Positions 45,064 to 54,107 of a stretch of 64,000 nucleotides of DNA are shown piece by piece. Origin of the DNA: a virus (taxonomy: Duplodnaviria > Caudoviricetes); IMG/VR virus record IMGVR_UViG_3300022602_000025. One strand, written 5' to 3'. Every line of letters begins with the position of its first letter. Positions within the stretch are counted from its first letter, which is position 1. The notes under the pieces are model-generated. The model was given only the letters and a program-made list of their open reading frames with translations. It searched no databases and had not been told where the DNA came from. The position numbers and the translations under genes are program-made.

Positions 45064-46128
45064 ATGTCAACAAAGTTTGAACAATTACTGGACTATCTAG
45101 TAAACGAAGAAACTGATAAAGCCAATGAGCTTTTTCATGAAATCGTTGTAGAGAAGTCACGAGAAATATACCAAAATCTTATCGCTGAAGAAGAAGAAGC
45201 GGAAATGGACGAAGCATCTGAAGAAGATGATGAATCTATGGAAGAAGCCGCTGAAGAAGAAGACGATGAGTCTGTAGAAGAGTCTGTAGAAGACGAAACT
45301 GTAGAATCAATGTTCGGAGAAGAAGAAGACGAATTCCCAATTCAAGATAAAACAGACGACCTAGAAGGTGATACAATGGATCACGATGCTATGGGCGGCG
45401 ACGATGAATTTGGCGGCGACGAAGGTGGCGACGGCACAGCTCCAGCTACTAAAGATGACGTACAAGATCTTGAAGATGCTCTAGAAGAACTAAAAGCTGA
45501 ATTTGAAGCTCTTATGTCTGCAGAGCGCAATGAAGAAGAAAACGAACCAGGCGTTCATGATGACGAAACTGGCCATGATCCTTTAGATGATGTTGACGGC
45601 GGTGCCGAAGACGACGAAGAAGGTGATGAAGAAGGTGAAGAAGACGACGAGGGCGAAAGCATGAAAGAAAGCCGCGGAGCTAAGTCACAAGGCGAAATGA
45701 TGCGCGAATACATCGAAAAAGTTGCTGTAACAATGGCAGACGGTGAAGGCGTTGGATCAGGTCGTGGTGATAAAGCTGGACAAACAGGTCACGATAGTGG
45801 CAAGAGCCCAATCAGCTCTGGTTCAGGTAAACCAACAAGCGGTGCAAATGCTAAAAACATAGCACAAGCTGGTAAAGGTGCTGACGAAGACGGTCAAAAA
45901 CCACACGGTAAGTTAGGTGGTGTATTGAAGAAAGGTGCTGACGTTCCACACATGGGTGACTTTGAAAACGTTGAGAAATCAAGCCGTTCTACAAAGAACA
46001 TTTTTAGCACAGCTAAGAAACCAGCAAGTGGCGAAGGTCACGGCGTTGGTGCACAGACTGGTGGCGAAAAAGCAGGTCAAACAGGCGGTAGTACAAATAC
46101 TAAGTCTGTAGTTGACAAGAAACTATAA
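45064..46128 (+). CDS. Acidic prohead core protein (gp67-like)
   Basis: Very Asp/Glu-rich N-terminal two-thirds and a Gly/Lys-rich C-terminus. Located between portal and protease. Start reassigned from TTG 45034 to ATG 45064, which has an AAGGAG SD. Confidence 0.65.
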   Translation: MSTKFEQLLDYLVNEETDKANELFHEIVVEKSREIYQNLIAEEEEAEMDEASEEDDESMEEAAEEEDDESVEESVEDETVESMFGEEEDEFPIQDKTDDLEGDTMDHDAMGGDDEFGGDEGGDGTAPATKDDVQDLEDALEELKAEFEALMSAERNEEENEPGVHDDETGHDPLDDVDGGAEDDEEGDEEGEEDDEGESMKESRGAKSQGEMMREYIEKVAVTMADGEGVGSGRGDKAGQTGHDSGKSPISSGSGKPTSGANAKNIAQAGKGADEDGQKPHGKLGGVLKKGADVPHMGDFENVEKSSRSTKNIFSTAKKPASGEGHGVGAQTGGEKAGQTGGSTNTKSVVDKKL

Positions 46129-46145
46129 TTAGGAATTCAAGATAG

Positions 46146-46772
46146 ATGCTATATCTACGTGAACATTTAAGTTTTGACCAAGCTCGTGTCGTATTGGAGA
46201 GTGATGAGAAGGACGGCGGAAAAAACCTTTACCTAAAAGGTATCTGCATCCAAGGTGGCATACGCAACGCTAACCAGCGTGTGTATCCAGTCTCCGAGAT
46301 AGGCAATGCTGTAAAGACTCTAAACGACCAGATTCAAAACGGTTATAGTGTTCTAGGAGAAGTAGATCATCCAGATGACCTTAAAGTAAATTTGGACCGC
46401 GTTAGTCACATGATTACAGATATGTGGATGGACGGTCCAAACGGATACGGCAAGATGAAAGTCTTGCCTACCCCGATGGGTAACTTAATTCGTACTATGC
46501 TTGAAGCAGGTGTAAAACTTGGCGTAAGCTCTCGTGGTAGCGGAAACGTTAACGAGTCTACAGGCGAAGTAGCCGACTTTGAGATAATCACAGTCGATAT
46601 AGTTGCTCAACCAAGCGCACCCGGCGCATATCCAACTCCAATTTATGAGCATCTCATGAATAACAAAGGTGGTTATGGTGCATGGCGTGTTGCCCAGGAA
46701 GTTAAAGAAGATCCAAAGGCCCAGAAATACATTCGTGAATCATTAATGAATGTTATTAAGGGTTTAAAATAA
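46146..46772 (+). CDS. gp21: Prohead protease, T4 gp21-like
   Basis: 208 aa. NANQRVYP, LGEVDHP, VSHMI, GVSSRGSG and DIVAQPSAPGAY motifs (His/Ser/Asp catalytic residues). Confidence 0.95.
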   Translation: MLYLREHLSFDQARVVLESDEKDGGKNLYLKGICIQGGIRNANQRVYPVSEIGNAVKTLNDQIQNGYSVLGEVDHPDDLKVNLDRVSHMITDMWMDGPNGYGKMKVLPTPMGNLIRTMLEAGVKLGVSSRGSGNVNESTGEVADFEIITVDIVAQPSAPGAYPTPIYEHLMNNKGGYGAWRVAQEVKEDPKAQKYIRESLMNVIKGLK

Positions 46773-46782
46773 GGAGAACAGG

Positions 46783-47877
46783 ATGTTGGACGCATTCAAA
46801 CAATTGGTAGAAAGTGGTGTAATGTCAGAGCAAGTTAAGTCTGAAATTGAATCTGCCTTCAGTCAAAAAATTCAAGAGAATCGCGACCAAGTCACAGCAG
46901 AACTTCGTGAAGAGTTTGCTCAGAAATATGAACACGATAAAGGTGTTATGATCGAGTCACTTGACAAGATGTTAAACGACAGACTTGCCGCTGAAATGGC
47001 AGAGTTGGCTGAGGATAAACGTGCATTAGCAGAAGCAACAGCTAAGTACGCTGAAAAAATGGGAAGTGACGCTAAAGTCATGGAAGCATTTATGTCTCAT
47101 CAACTAGCCAAAGAGATGGTGGAATTCCAAAATGATCGCAAGAAAGTTTCTGAGAATTTCCAAAAACTTGAACAATTCGTAGTACACGCATTGGCAAGAG
47201 AAATTGCAGACTTTGCAGAAGACAAACGTGATCTAGCTGAAACGAAAGTTAAGTTAGTTGCGGGTGCTAAAGCAAAATTTGCTGAAGTAAAACAACAATT
47301 CATTAATAAAGCAGCTAAAACTGTACAAGAAACAGTTGAAAAAGGTCTACGTACTGAAATCAAACAGTTACGTGAAGACATTGATTCAGCTCGTACAAAT
47401 AGTTTTGGTCGCAGAATTTTTGAAGCGTTCGCTCAAGAGTTTCAAGGTTCATTCCTAAACGAAAAATCAGATACAGCTCGTCTGTTGAAGATTGTAGATA
47501 AGAAAGAAAAAGAAATTGCTGAGGCACAAGCTGCTCTAGCTCAAACACAAAAACTAGCAGAATCTAAAGAACGTGAATTACGTGTTCAGAAAGATCTAAT
47601 GGAACGTGCTAAAGTAATGGGCGAATTGTTGGCACCTTTAAGTGCTGATAAAAAAGAGGTTATGGGTAGTTTACTAGAGTCTGTACAGACAAGTAAATTA
47701 AACATAGCATTTGACAAATACCTACCCGCAGTCATGGAAGGCGCAACTAAGAAAGCAACGGTAAAAGCTGTTATTACAGAAGGTACCGAAGTAACTGGTG
47801 ATCGCGAAGTACGCAAGTCTGAGGTAGGCTTAGACAATATTTTAGACATCCGCAAGTTAGCGGGTCTATCTAAATAA
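46783..47877 (+). CDS. gp22: Prohead scaffold protein, T4 gp22-like
   Basis: 364 aa coiled-coil Glu/Lys/Ala-rich protein between protease and major capsid genes. C-terminal IRKLAGL. Confidence 0.85.
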   Translation: MLDAFKQLVESGVMSEQVKSEIESAFSQKIQENRDQVTAELREEFAQKYEHDKGVMIESLDKMLNDRLAAEMAELAEDKRALAEATAKYAEKMGSDAKVMEAFMSHQLAKEMVEFQNDRKKVSENFQKLEQFVVHALAREIADFAEDKRDLAETKVKLVAGAKAKFAEVKQQFINKAAKTVQETVEKGLRTEIKQLREDIDSARTNSFGRRIFEAFAQEFQGSFLNEKSDTARLLKIVDKKEKEIAEAQAALAQTQKLAESKERELRVQKDLMERAKVMGELLAPLSADKKEVMGSLLESVQTSKLNIAFDKYLPAVMEGATKKATVKAVITEGTEVTGDREVRKSEVGLDNILDIRKLAGLSK

Positions 47878-47903
47878 TATAATATTCAAGGAGATATATT
47901 AAA

Positions 47904-49082
47904 ATGTCACAACTTCTGAACGAAAGATGGTCAGATACCAAAGAAGCTCTACTTGAAGGCCTACAAGGTAACCGTCGTGCTTCGATGAGCGTATGCTTAG
48001 AAAATACACGTAAGTACTTGGCTGAAAGTGCAACTTCAGGTGCAACTTCTGCGGGTAACATCGCAACATTAAACCGCGTGATTCTTCCAGTAATCCGTCG
48101 TGTTATGCCAACAGTTATCGCTAATGAAATTATTGGCGTTCAACCTATGACTGGTCCAGTGGCTCAGATCCATACATTACGTGTTCGTTACGCTGATCAA
48201 GGTAACAACGTAGTAGCTGGTGAAGAAGCACTAAGCCCATTCAAGATCGCTGCTGCTTATTCTGGTAACGATGTAGATTCTACTCCAGCTGCTAATTCAA
48301 CAGCTGCCTTAGAAGGTACACCAGGCCGTAAGATGAGCATTCAAATCTTGAAAGCTCCAGTAGAAGCTAAGTCACGCAAGCTATCAGCTCGCTGGACATT
48401 TGAAGCTGCTCAAGATGCACAAGCCCAACAAGGTATTGACATCGAAGCAGAAATCATGGCTGCATTGGCTCAAGAAATTACAACTGAAATCGACCAAGAA
48501 ATCTTAGCAAGTCTAAGCGCATTGGCTGGTGTTGAAGAATACTATGACCAATCATTAGTTTCTGGTACAGCTACATTCGTTGGTGATGAACACGCTGCTT
48601 TAGCGATTCAAATCAACCGTGTTGCAAACTTAATTGCTCAACGCACACGTCGTGGTGCTGGTAACTGGGCAGTTGTTTCTAACTTAGCTCTTACAATTTT
48701 ACAATCTGCTACTACAAGCGCATTTGCTCGTACAACAGAAGGTACATTTGAAGCACCTACAAACACTAAGTTTGTTGGTACATTGAATGGCGCTATGCGT
48801 ATCTATGTAAACAGCTATATGCCTGACACAGGTCGTGACAACGATCAGGTTCTTATTGGTTATAAAGGTGCTAGCGAAGCTGACGCAGCTGCGTTCTACT
48901 GCCCATATATTCCTCTAATGAGCTCTGGTGTTGTTCTAGATCCAACAACATTCGAACCAGTAGTTGGCTTCTTAACACGCTACGGCTATGTTGAGTTGAC
49001 AAACACTGCTTCATCTCTAGGTAACGCTGCTGACTACTTAGGCAAAGTATCTATTACTTCTGCTAACGTAAGCTTCAAGTAA
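47904..49082 (+). CDS. gp23: Major capsid protein, T4 gp23-like
   Basis: 392 aa. RRVMPTVIANEIIGVQPMTGPV, KSRKLSARWTFEAAQD, EIMAALAQEITTEIDQEI, FYCPYIPL, TRYG motifs. Confidence 0.95.
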   Translation: MSQLLNERWSDTKEALLEGLQGNRRASMSVCLENTRKYLAESATSGATSAGNIATLNRVILPVIRRVMPTVIANEIIGVQPMTGPVAQIHTLRVRYADQGNNVVAGEEALSPFKIAAAYSGNDVDSTPAANSTAALEGTPGRKMSIQILKAPVEAKSRKLSARWTFEAAQDAQAQQGIDIEAEIMAALAQEITTEIDQEILASLSALAGVEEYYDQSLVSGTATFVGDEHAALAIQINRVANLIAQRTRRGAGNWAVVSNLALTILQSATTSAFARTTEGTFEAPTNTKFVGTLNGAMRIYVNSYMPDTGRDNDQVLIGYKGASEADAAAFYCPYIPLMSSGVVLDPTTFEPVVGFLTRYGYVELTNTASSLGNAADYLGKVSITSANVSFK

Positions 49083-49104
49083 TCCTAAGAGGGATCACAA
49101 AAAC

Positions 49105-49130
49105 AAAAACCCGCTTTATGCGGGTTTTTT
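49105..49130. terminator. Bidirectional rho-independent terminator
   Basis: AAAAACCCGC-TTTAT-GCGGGTTTTTT between the convergent major capsid and endolysin genes. Confidence 0.9.
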
Positions 49131-49150
49131 GTTGACTTAAAAAATTACGA

Positions 49151-49789
49151 TTAACTGTTGTCTGCTAAAATATCACAGAACGCATTGTACTTTTGTGTAC
49201 GCTCTTCTAAGCCAATGTAACCACCATTGATACGATGTGTGATTTCTTTAATATCATCAGCGTCAGCCCAAGCATTTAAGCCATGAGCGTTCCAGAACCA
49301 ACAAGCACCTACAACACACCCTTCTTTGCTTTCTAGCCAATCAGGACTATCTAAAAGACGTCCGTCACCAAATACAGCTTTAGAACATGCTAGATAATTA
49401 TCATGTCCTGTTAGTTGAACGATACCGCGACCACGGAAACGATATCCATCGCCTGACGCTTCATCACGGTTGCCCATGCGATTACCGTAGATGCGATTAG
49501 CAATAGCTTCTGGATTATGTGCATACTGGCTAGCTGTAGCTTCATCAGGGAAATAATGCGGAAATACACGCATTAATCCTTGTGCTTGATAATTTAAGTT
49601 TTCATGAGTAACGGTAAAGTCCATACTCTCATGAGAACATTGAGCTAAAAAAGCAGCGGCACGTTGTACGGTGTTAATCTCAAAGTGTTCTAATTGTGCG
49701 TACACAACTGGAAACCATTGATCAATTTCTCTGTTTTTAGCAAGACATTCTTGTAACTTGTCTTGTGTAAAATTAAATGCAAACGGCAT
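49151..49789 (-). CDS. Endolysin, glycoside hydrolase family 19 (chitinase-like)
   Basis: 212 aa. AAFLAQCSHES, ENLNY, GDGYRFRGRGIVQLTGHDNY, ITHRINGG motifs. Confidence 0.9.
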   Translation of the reverse strand: MPFAFNFTQDKLQECLAKNREIDQWFPVVYAQLEHFEINTVQRAAAFLAQCSHESMDFTVTHENLNYQAQGLMRVFPHYFPDEATASQYAHNPEAIANRIYGNRMGNRDEASGDGYRFRGRGIVQLTGHDNYLACSKAVFGDGRLLDSPDWLESKEGCVVGACWFWNAHGLNAWADADDIKEITHRINGGYIGLEERTQKYNAFCDILADNS

Positions 49790-49814
49790 TATGTGCCTCC
49801 TTTTAATGTATGTT

Positions 49815-49822
49815 TATTTATA
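49815..49822 (-). promoter_or_regulatory. T4-type late promoter for the endolysin
   Basis: Exact TATAAATA on the minus strand, 25 nt upstream of the ATG at 49789. SD AAGGAGG present. Confidence 0.75.
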
Positions 49823-49934
49823 GATACCTTTGTTACACTAAATATAATGTATGATTCACATGGGGTGAATTTTATGCGGAAATCCAACCGCGTACGGCCT
49901 AGAACGCCGTTATATTCTTTTAAGGAGAAACGAA

Positions 49935-50930
49935 ATGGGACGTCCTATTAAAGCCAAATATTTTGGTAATTTAAATAATGAAAGTTTTGGTTTAGTTAAC
50001 AGCCAAAGCGGTATTGGTGGTGAAGGTATCGCCAATATTACAAATCCAGTGCAACTAGGTAGCTTCCTTGTTAACAGCACAGCTACAGTAACTCCAGCAC
50101 TAGTAATTCCAGCACCTGATCTACCAACAGGCATTCAAGCAACAGCTCAAGTAGTTTGGGAAGTTGAAAGTGTTACTGTTACAAACGGTACAGCAGGTCA
50201 TAACTATCAAACAGGTACTAATGCTACACTAACAAGTTTAGGTGGCGGAGTTGTAGTTCACATCGCAACAGTTGGTTCAGGCCAAGGCGAAGTTCAAACT
50301 ATTGATTTTAACTCAACTGGTTCAAATCGTGGTAGCTTTACAACTATTCCTACAGTAGCTACAACATATCAAATTGTTGGACAAGGAGCAGGCAACGGTG
50401 ACGGTAATAACCAAACACAGGTTAAATTCCGTGTTAAACAAATCAACGTAACAAATGCTGGACGTGGTTATAGCACAATTCCTGCACTAAGTTTCAACAA
50501 CTCTGGTGTTATCGGTACAGGACCTGGAGCTCCAACAGCATGGATGCAGACAATAGAAACTCATGGCCCTGCTATTAAAGGTCTTGCATATCTAAGCACC
50601 GGCTCAAGTGCAGTTACATTTGATATTATCAAGCAAGAAGCTAGCCGTCGTTATCTTGTAAAAACAGCACAAGGTCTAGGCCAATGCAAACTTGTATCAA
50701 CTGATACACTAGCAGCAGGTCAGATGACTATTATTGCAACTGACTTCGGTGGCGCTACATATTATGTTGGCAAATTGTCAGGTCGTAAAGTAGTTTTACG
50801 TCCAAGAACAAATACAAGTACAGCGTTAGTTACATTAGTTACTGACGGTGCAGGACAAACAACTGGCCGTACAGGCTGGACTGTAGGTGCTGCTACTGGT
50901 ACAATCGTATCTATTGCACATACAATTTAA
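49935..50930 (+). CDS. Putative virion structural protein
   Basis: 331 aa, Thr/Gly-rich beta-type composition, NAGRGYSTIP repeat motif. TAAATA at 49839-49844 and AAGGAG SD upstream. Confidence 0.55.
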   Translation: MGRPIKAKYFGNLNNESFGLVNSQSGIGGEGIANITNPVQLGSFLVNSTATVTPALVIPAPDLPTGIQATAQVVWEVESVTVTNGTAGHNYQTGTNATLTSLGGGVVVHIATVGSGQGEVQTIDFNSTGSNRGSFTTIPTVATTYQIVGQGAGNGDGNNQTQVKFRVKQINVTNAGRGYSTIPALSFNNSGVIGTGPGAPTAWMQTIETHGPAIKGLAYLSTGSSAVTFDIIKQEASRRYLVKTAQGLGQCKLVSTDTLAAGQMTIIATDFGGATYYVGKLSGRKVVLRPRTNTSTALVTLVTDGAGQTTGRTGWTVGAATGTIVSIAHTI

Positions 50931-50941
50931 TTTGTAAAAAA

Positions 50942-50963
50942 TAAGGGGGATTCGTCCCCCTTA
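50942..50963. terminator. Strong UUCG-capped hairpin (terminator or stabilising stem)
   Basis: TAAGGGGGA-TTCG-TCCCCCTTA, a perfect 9-bp stem. The U-tract is weak on the plus strand and has six T on the minus strand. Confidence 0.6.
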
Positions 50964-50968
50964 CTTCT

Positions 50969-51238
50969 ATGTTAACAATTAAACAAAGTTTAGATTGGCC
51001 TAGTGTAGAATCAGAGCTACGTAAACTTGGCAACATGATGCCAATGTTTAACCATGATACTAGACGCTTTATTAATCGTATTGGCGAAATGGTATCAGAG
51101 TTAAGCAAGTTAGAAGTTGAAGCAAGAAGAACACATTCAAAATATTCTATTGACAGATGTAAACATCAAGCAGATAGGATTAACGAAGAATTAAAACAAG
51201 TACACAAAATTCATTTAATGTCAGTATTAAGTAGATAA
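50969..51238 (+). CDS. Hypothetical helical protein
   Basis: 89 aa ORF filling the gap between co-oriented genes, no recognisable motif. Confidence 0.55.
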   Translation: MLTIKQSLDWPSVESELRKLGNMMPMFNHDTRRFINRIGEMVSELSKLEVEARRTHSKYSIDRCKHQADRINEELKQVHKIHLMSVLSR

Positions 51239-51239
51239 G

Positions 51240-51773
51240 ATGCCATATACATATTTTCCAAGTCAAGTCGTAGGACTTCAGCCCGTTGAAGGTGAAATCG
51301 GGTGGAATAGCGTACCGTCAGCTAATGACGAATCTATTGGAAATAGACGATATATCACTATATCAGAATTATCGCACTTATCAAATCCTGCCGTTGGCGA
51401 TCAACGCACACGAACACAAGCATTAGCATGTATTGGATTTCAAGTAACTCAGTTACCTCCTGTAATTTCAGGAATTGAAGTAAACATTAAAGCCCAACGA
51501 GGTGGTAGAGTTGTAGATGAACAGATACAGCTAACGTATCAAGGGCAAGCTATTGGCATAAACAATTTTAAATACCAAACTGATTATTATGGTAATTTAG
51601 AAATACTTAACAATACTACATATGGCGGTACAACAGATTTATGGGGAGCAACGCTAACCCCAGAAATGCTACAAGATCCTAGTTTTGGGGTGATTGTAAA
51701 GTTTCAAGCACACCCGTATACTCCGCATCGTACCGGTATATATTTAGATTCAGTTTCTTTAACTGTCTACTAA
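51240..51773 (+). CDS. Hypothetical protein, likely beta-sandwich virion component
   Basis: 177 aa. Beta-strand pattern ISGIEVNIKAQR...YGGTTDLWGATLTP...FGV...YLDSVSLTVY. Confidence 0.5.
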   Translation: MPYTYFPSQVVGLQPVEGEIGWNSVPSANDESIGNRRYITISELSHLSNPAVGDQRTRTQALACIGFQVTQLPPVISGIEVNIKAQRGGRVVDEQIQLTYQGQAIGINNFKYQTDYYGNLEILNNTTYGGTTDLWGATLTPEMLQDPSFGVIVKFQAHPYTPHRTGIYLDSVSLTVY

Positions 51774-51800
51774 GAATAAATAGAGTAAAGGATCAGATCA

Positions 51801-52913
51801 ATGACTGTAGACGTTTTAAGAGTACAAGGCGATTATCACATAATAACCAACGCATCTACTACTACGAATGGCGCTAGTGGTGGTGGTAATATCACGCTTG
51901 ACGTCGGTGGAAATGGTGTTAACACAGGTACTGTAGTAATTACAGGTAACTTAGATGTTAGAGGCACTACTACACAAATTGAAAGTATCAATGCCACTAT
52001 TAAAGATAATACTCTTATCTTAAACAGCGGTGAACCAAATAATACAACACCCGGTGGTGTAACTAACGGCACTAGCGGTATTATGATTTCTAGAGGCCGT
52101 GCTGGTGCAGATACTCCTAGCATTGGCGCATTTTTAGAGTGGAACGACAATGCTCAATGGGCAGGAACTGGCGTACTATCAAGTGTGCGCGGTGTTTGGG
52201 AATTCCGTGAAGGTCCAACAGGTAGTGGTGCAAAATATTCTGCAATCAAAGTTAATGCTATCCGTATTGATGAAGCCTCTGCAAGTACAGCAGGGTCTGG
52301 ACAAGGTCTTGGAGCCCGTTTAAATATCTTAGGTTCAGATAACCCTACATCAGTTATTAGCGTATCTGGAACAATTAACTATGAAAGTCGTGTTACAGAT
52401 AAAGACGACATTCCAAATAAAGCCTATGTAGACAATACATTAGCATCTGGTATTAATACAGCACAAAGTTTAGTTGACGGCCATTCGTACCTAAAAATAA
52501 TAGACAATTACCTAGATGGTGTGACTAGCGAAGTAATTGCAGTTTTAGATGGCGACCCTACTCAGCGAGTAAATATTACAACCGGAACAGTAGTAATGCG
52601 CCTAACAGCGGCTATTGCTCAGTTCTCAGGAATCCAGTTCATTGGAAATCAAATACAACCGACTGGAACAAATACAGATTTAAAATTAGTAACTAACGGT
52701 TCTGGTCGTATTATATTAGAAGCCCCGTTAGTTTTTAACTCATTGGTGACTCCAACTAGCCCACCAATTGGACAAACAAACTTATATGCTAGTACAGCAG
52801 GTGGTGGTGGTACAGGTATGTACTTCCAGACAACAGATAGTTTAGGTGTAACTACATCAGATGAATTCGTTAGTCGTAAAAAAGCCCTAGTGTTTAGTAT
52901 TATATTTGGATAA
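51801..52913 (+). CDS. Putative virion structural/fibre protein
   Basis: 370 aa. VVITGNLDVRGTTTQIES...IKDNTLILNSGE fibre-type motif, similar to the segment LTVNGTGTYVTTVDLRVDNKLIEL in 3156-5072. Confidence 0.6.
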   Translation: MTVDVLRVQGDYHIITNASTTTNGASGGGNITLDVGGNGVNTGTVVITGNLDVRGTTTQIESINATIKDNTLILNSGEPNNTTPGGVTNGTSGIMISRGRAGADTPSIGAFLEWNDNAQWAGTGVLSSVRGVWEFREGPTGSGAKYSAIKVNAIRIDEASASTAGSGQGLGARLNILGSDNPTSVISVSGTINYESRVTDKDDIPNKAYVDNTLASGINTAQSLVDGHSYLKIIDNYLDGVTSEVIAVLDGDPTQRVNITTGTVVMRLTAAIAQFSGIQFIGNQIQPTGTNTDLKLVTNGSGRIILEAPLVFNSLVTPTSPPIGQTNLYASTAGGGGTGMYFQTTDSLGVTTSDEFVSRKKALVFSIIFG

Positions 52914-52922
52914 GGAATTTAT

Positions 52923-53246
52923 ATGGCAATTACAAATGCACAATTAGCATCAACAACTACTACAAAGATATTTTTATCTAGTGGTCAAAATGCCATTACT
53001 TCTATGTTTTTTTGTAACGTAACTACAGGTACATCAGCAACATTTGATCTGTACATAGTTCCATACACAACTAGCAGTAATGCCAGCATTCAGACTCAAG
53101 TTCTTAAGGCTGTTTCACTACCGCCGGCAGAAACTTTTGTATTTGATACAGAAAGATTAATCTTAGAAGATAACGATTCTATCTACGCTCAAGCAAGCGC
53201 AGGTAATGTTGTTACATCAACTATTAGTTATATAGCTACAGCATAA
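52923..53246 (+). CDS. Small putative structural protein
   Basis: 107 aa, all-beta pattern, AAGGA SD, in a structural operon. Confidence 0.5.
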   Translation: MAITNAQLASTTTTKIFLSSGQNAITSMFFCNVTTGTSATFDLYIVPYTTSSNASIQTQVLKAVSLPPAETFVFDTERLILEDNDSIYAQASAGNVVTSTISYIATA

Positions 53247-53986
53247 TGAAATTTATTAAACGACAACCTATCGATAGAAACAGTCCGATGAGAAACCAAT
53301 TCGCTGTAGAAAGCGATGGCCGCATTGTTACTGACAGTACAAATAGCTTAGAAATTCCAGCTGGAACAAAAGCACAGCGTCCTGCTACTCCTGTTAACGG
53401 ACAATTACGTTATAACACACAATTAGGTACAGGCGATATTGAAGCTTATGTCAATGGCACATGGCAACGAGTATTGACTAATAGACAGGCTACAATTACA
53501 CAAACTACTTTTACTAACGGCGATTACGCAAACACAATCTTTGGTCCACTACCGTATGATGTTAGTGTAAGTTCTCCACAAAATGTTGTGGTAGTAGTTG
53601 ATAACGTTTATCAAATAGGTGGTACAGACTACATCCTAGTTAAAAGCACACCATCAAACATTCTAACTACTTCTACTACGATTATTAGAAACGAACCAGC
53701 AAACACCACAACATTGTATGTTTCTGAAATCGCAGACTTTAATATCGGCGCAACTTTGTCAGGAACGGGCGTTAACGGATCTGAAGTAGTAGGATATAGC
53801 ATCACAGCAAGCACATTAACAATTTCTCCGGGTTCAATCTCTCCAATTTCATCAGGAACTGTGATTACAACCTCGTTTGGAACTGGCACTTATGTAGTGT
53901 TTACCCCAGGCTCTTACCCAGTACCTAGTGTACCTGTCGTAACAATACAAGGATTTGATGGTTACGGCGCTCCTTTTGAATCCTAA
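53246..53986 (+). CDS. Putative virion structural protein
   Basis: 246 aa, TAATG-coupled. LEIPAGTKAQRP...NGQLRYNT motif common in phage fibre/neck proteins. Confidence 0.6.
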   Translation: MKFIKRQPIDRNSPMRNQFAVESDGRIVTDSTNSLEIPAGTKAQRPATPVNGQLRYNTQLGTGDIEAYVNGTWQRVLTNRQATITQTTFTNGDYANTIFGPLPYDVSVSSPQNVVVVVDNVYQIGGTDYILVKSTPSNILTTSTTIIRNEPANTTTLYVSEIADFNIGATLSGTGVNGSEVVGYSITASTLTISPGSISPISSGTVITTSFGTGTYVVFTPGSYPVPSVPVVTIQGFDGYGAPFES

Positions 53987-54010
53987 TCATTTGATTTAAA
54001 ATTTCCGTAA

Positions 54011-54102
54011 TAAATACAGTTGATGCTGGATCTCTAGCAGAACATACTGTGGTAAACCCGCAATGAAAGGTGGTTATCCGTGAAACACGGTGTATTGAGG
54101 AG
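54011..54102 (+). promoter_or_regulatory. Late promoter plus multi-hairpin 5' leader of the giant repeat gene
   Basis: TAAATA at 54011-54016, three hairpins, and a long-range AATACA/TGTATT pairing abutting the GAGGAG SD. Confidence 0.5.
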
Positions 54103-54107
54103 CTAAC

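Noticed and set aside
22574-53246. One-base TAATG/ATGA gene overlaps (22574, 31898, 34678, 36456, 53246)
   Set aside because: These are ordinary translational coupling in phage operons and not unusual.
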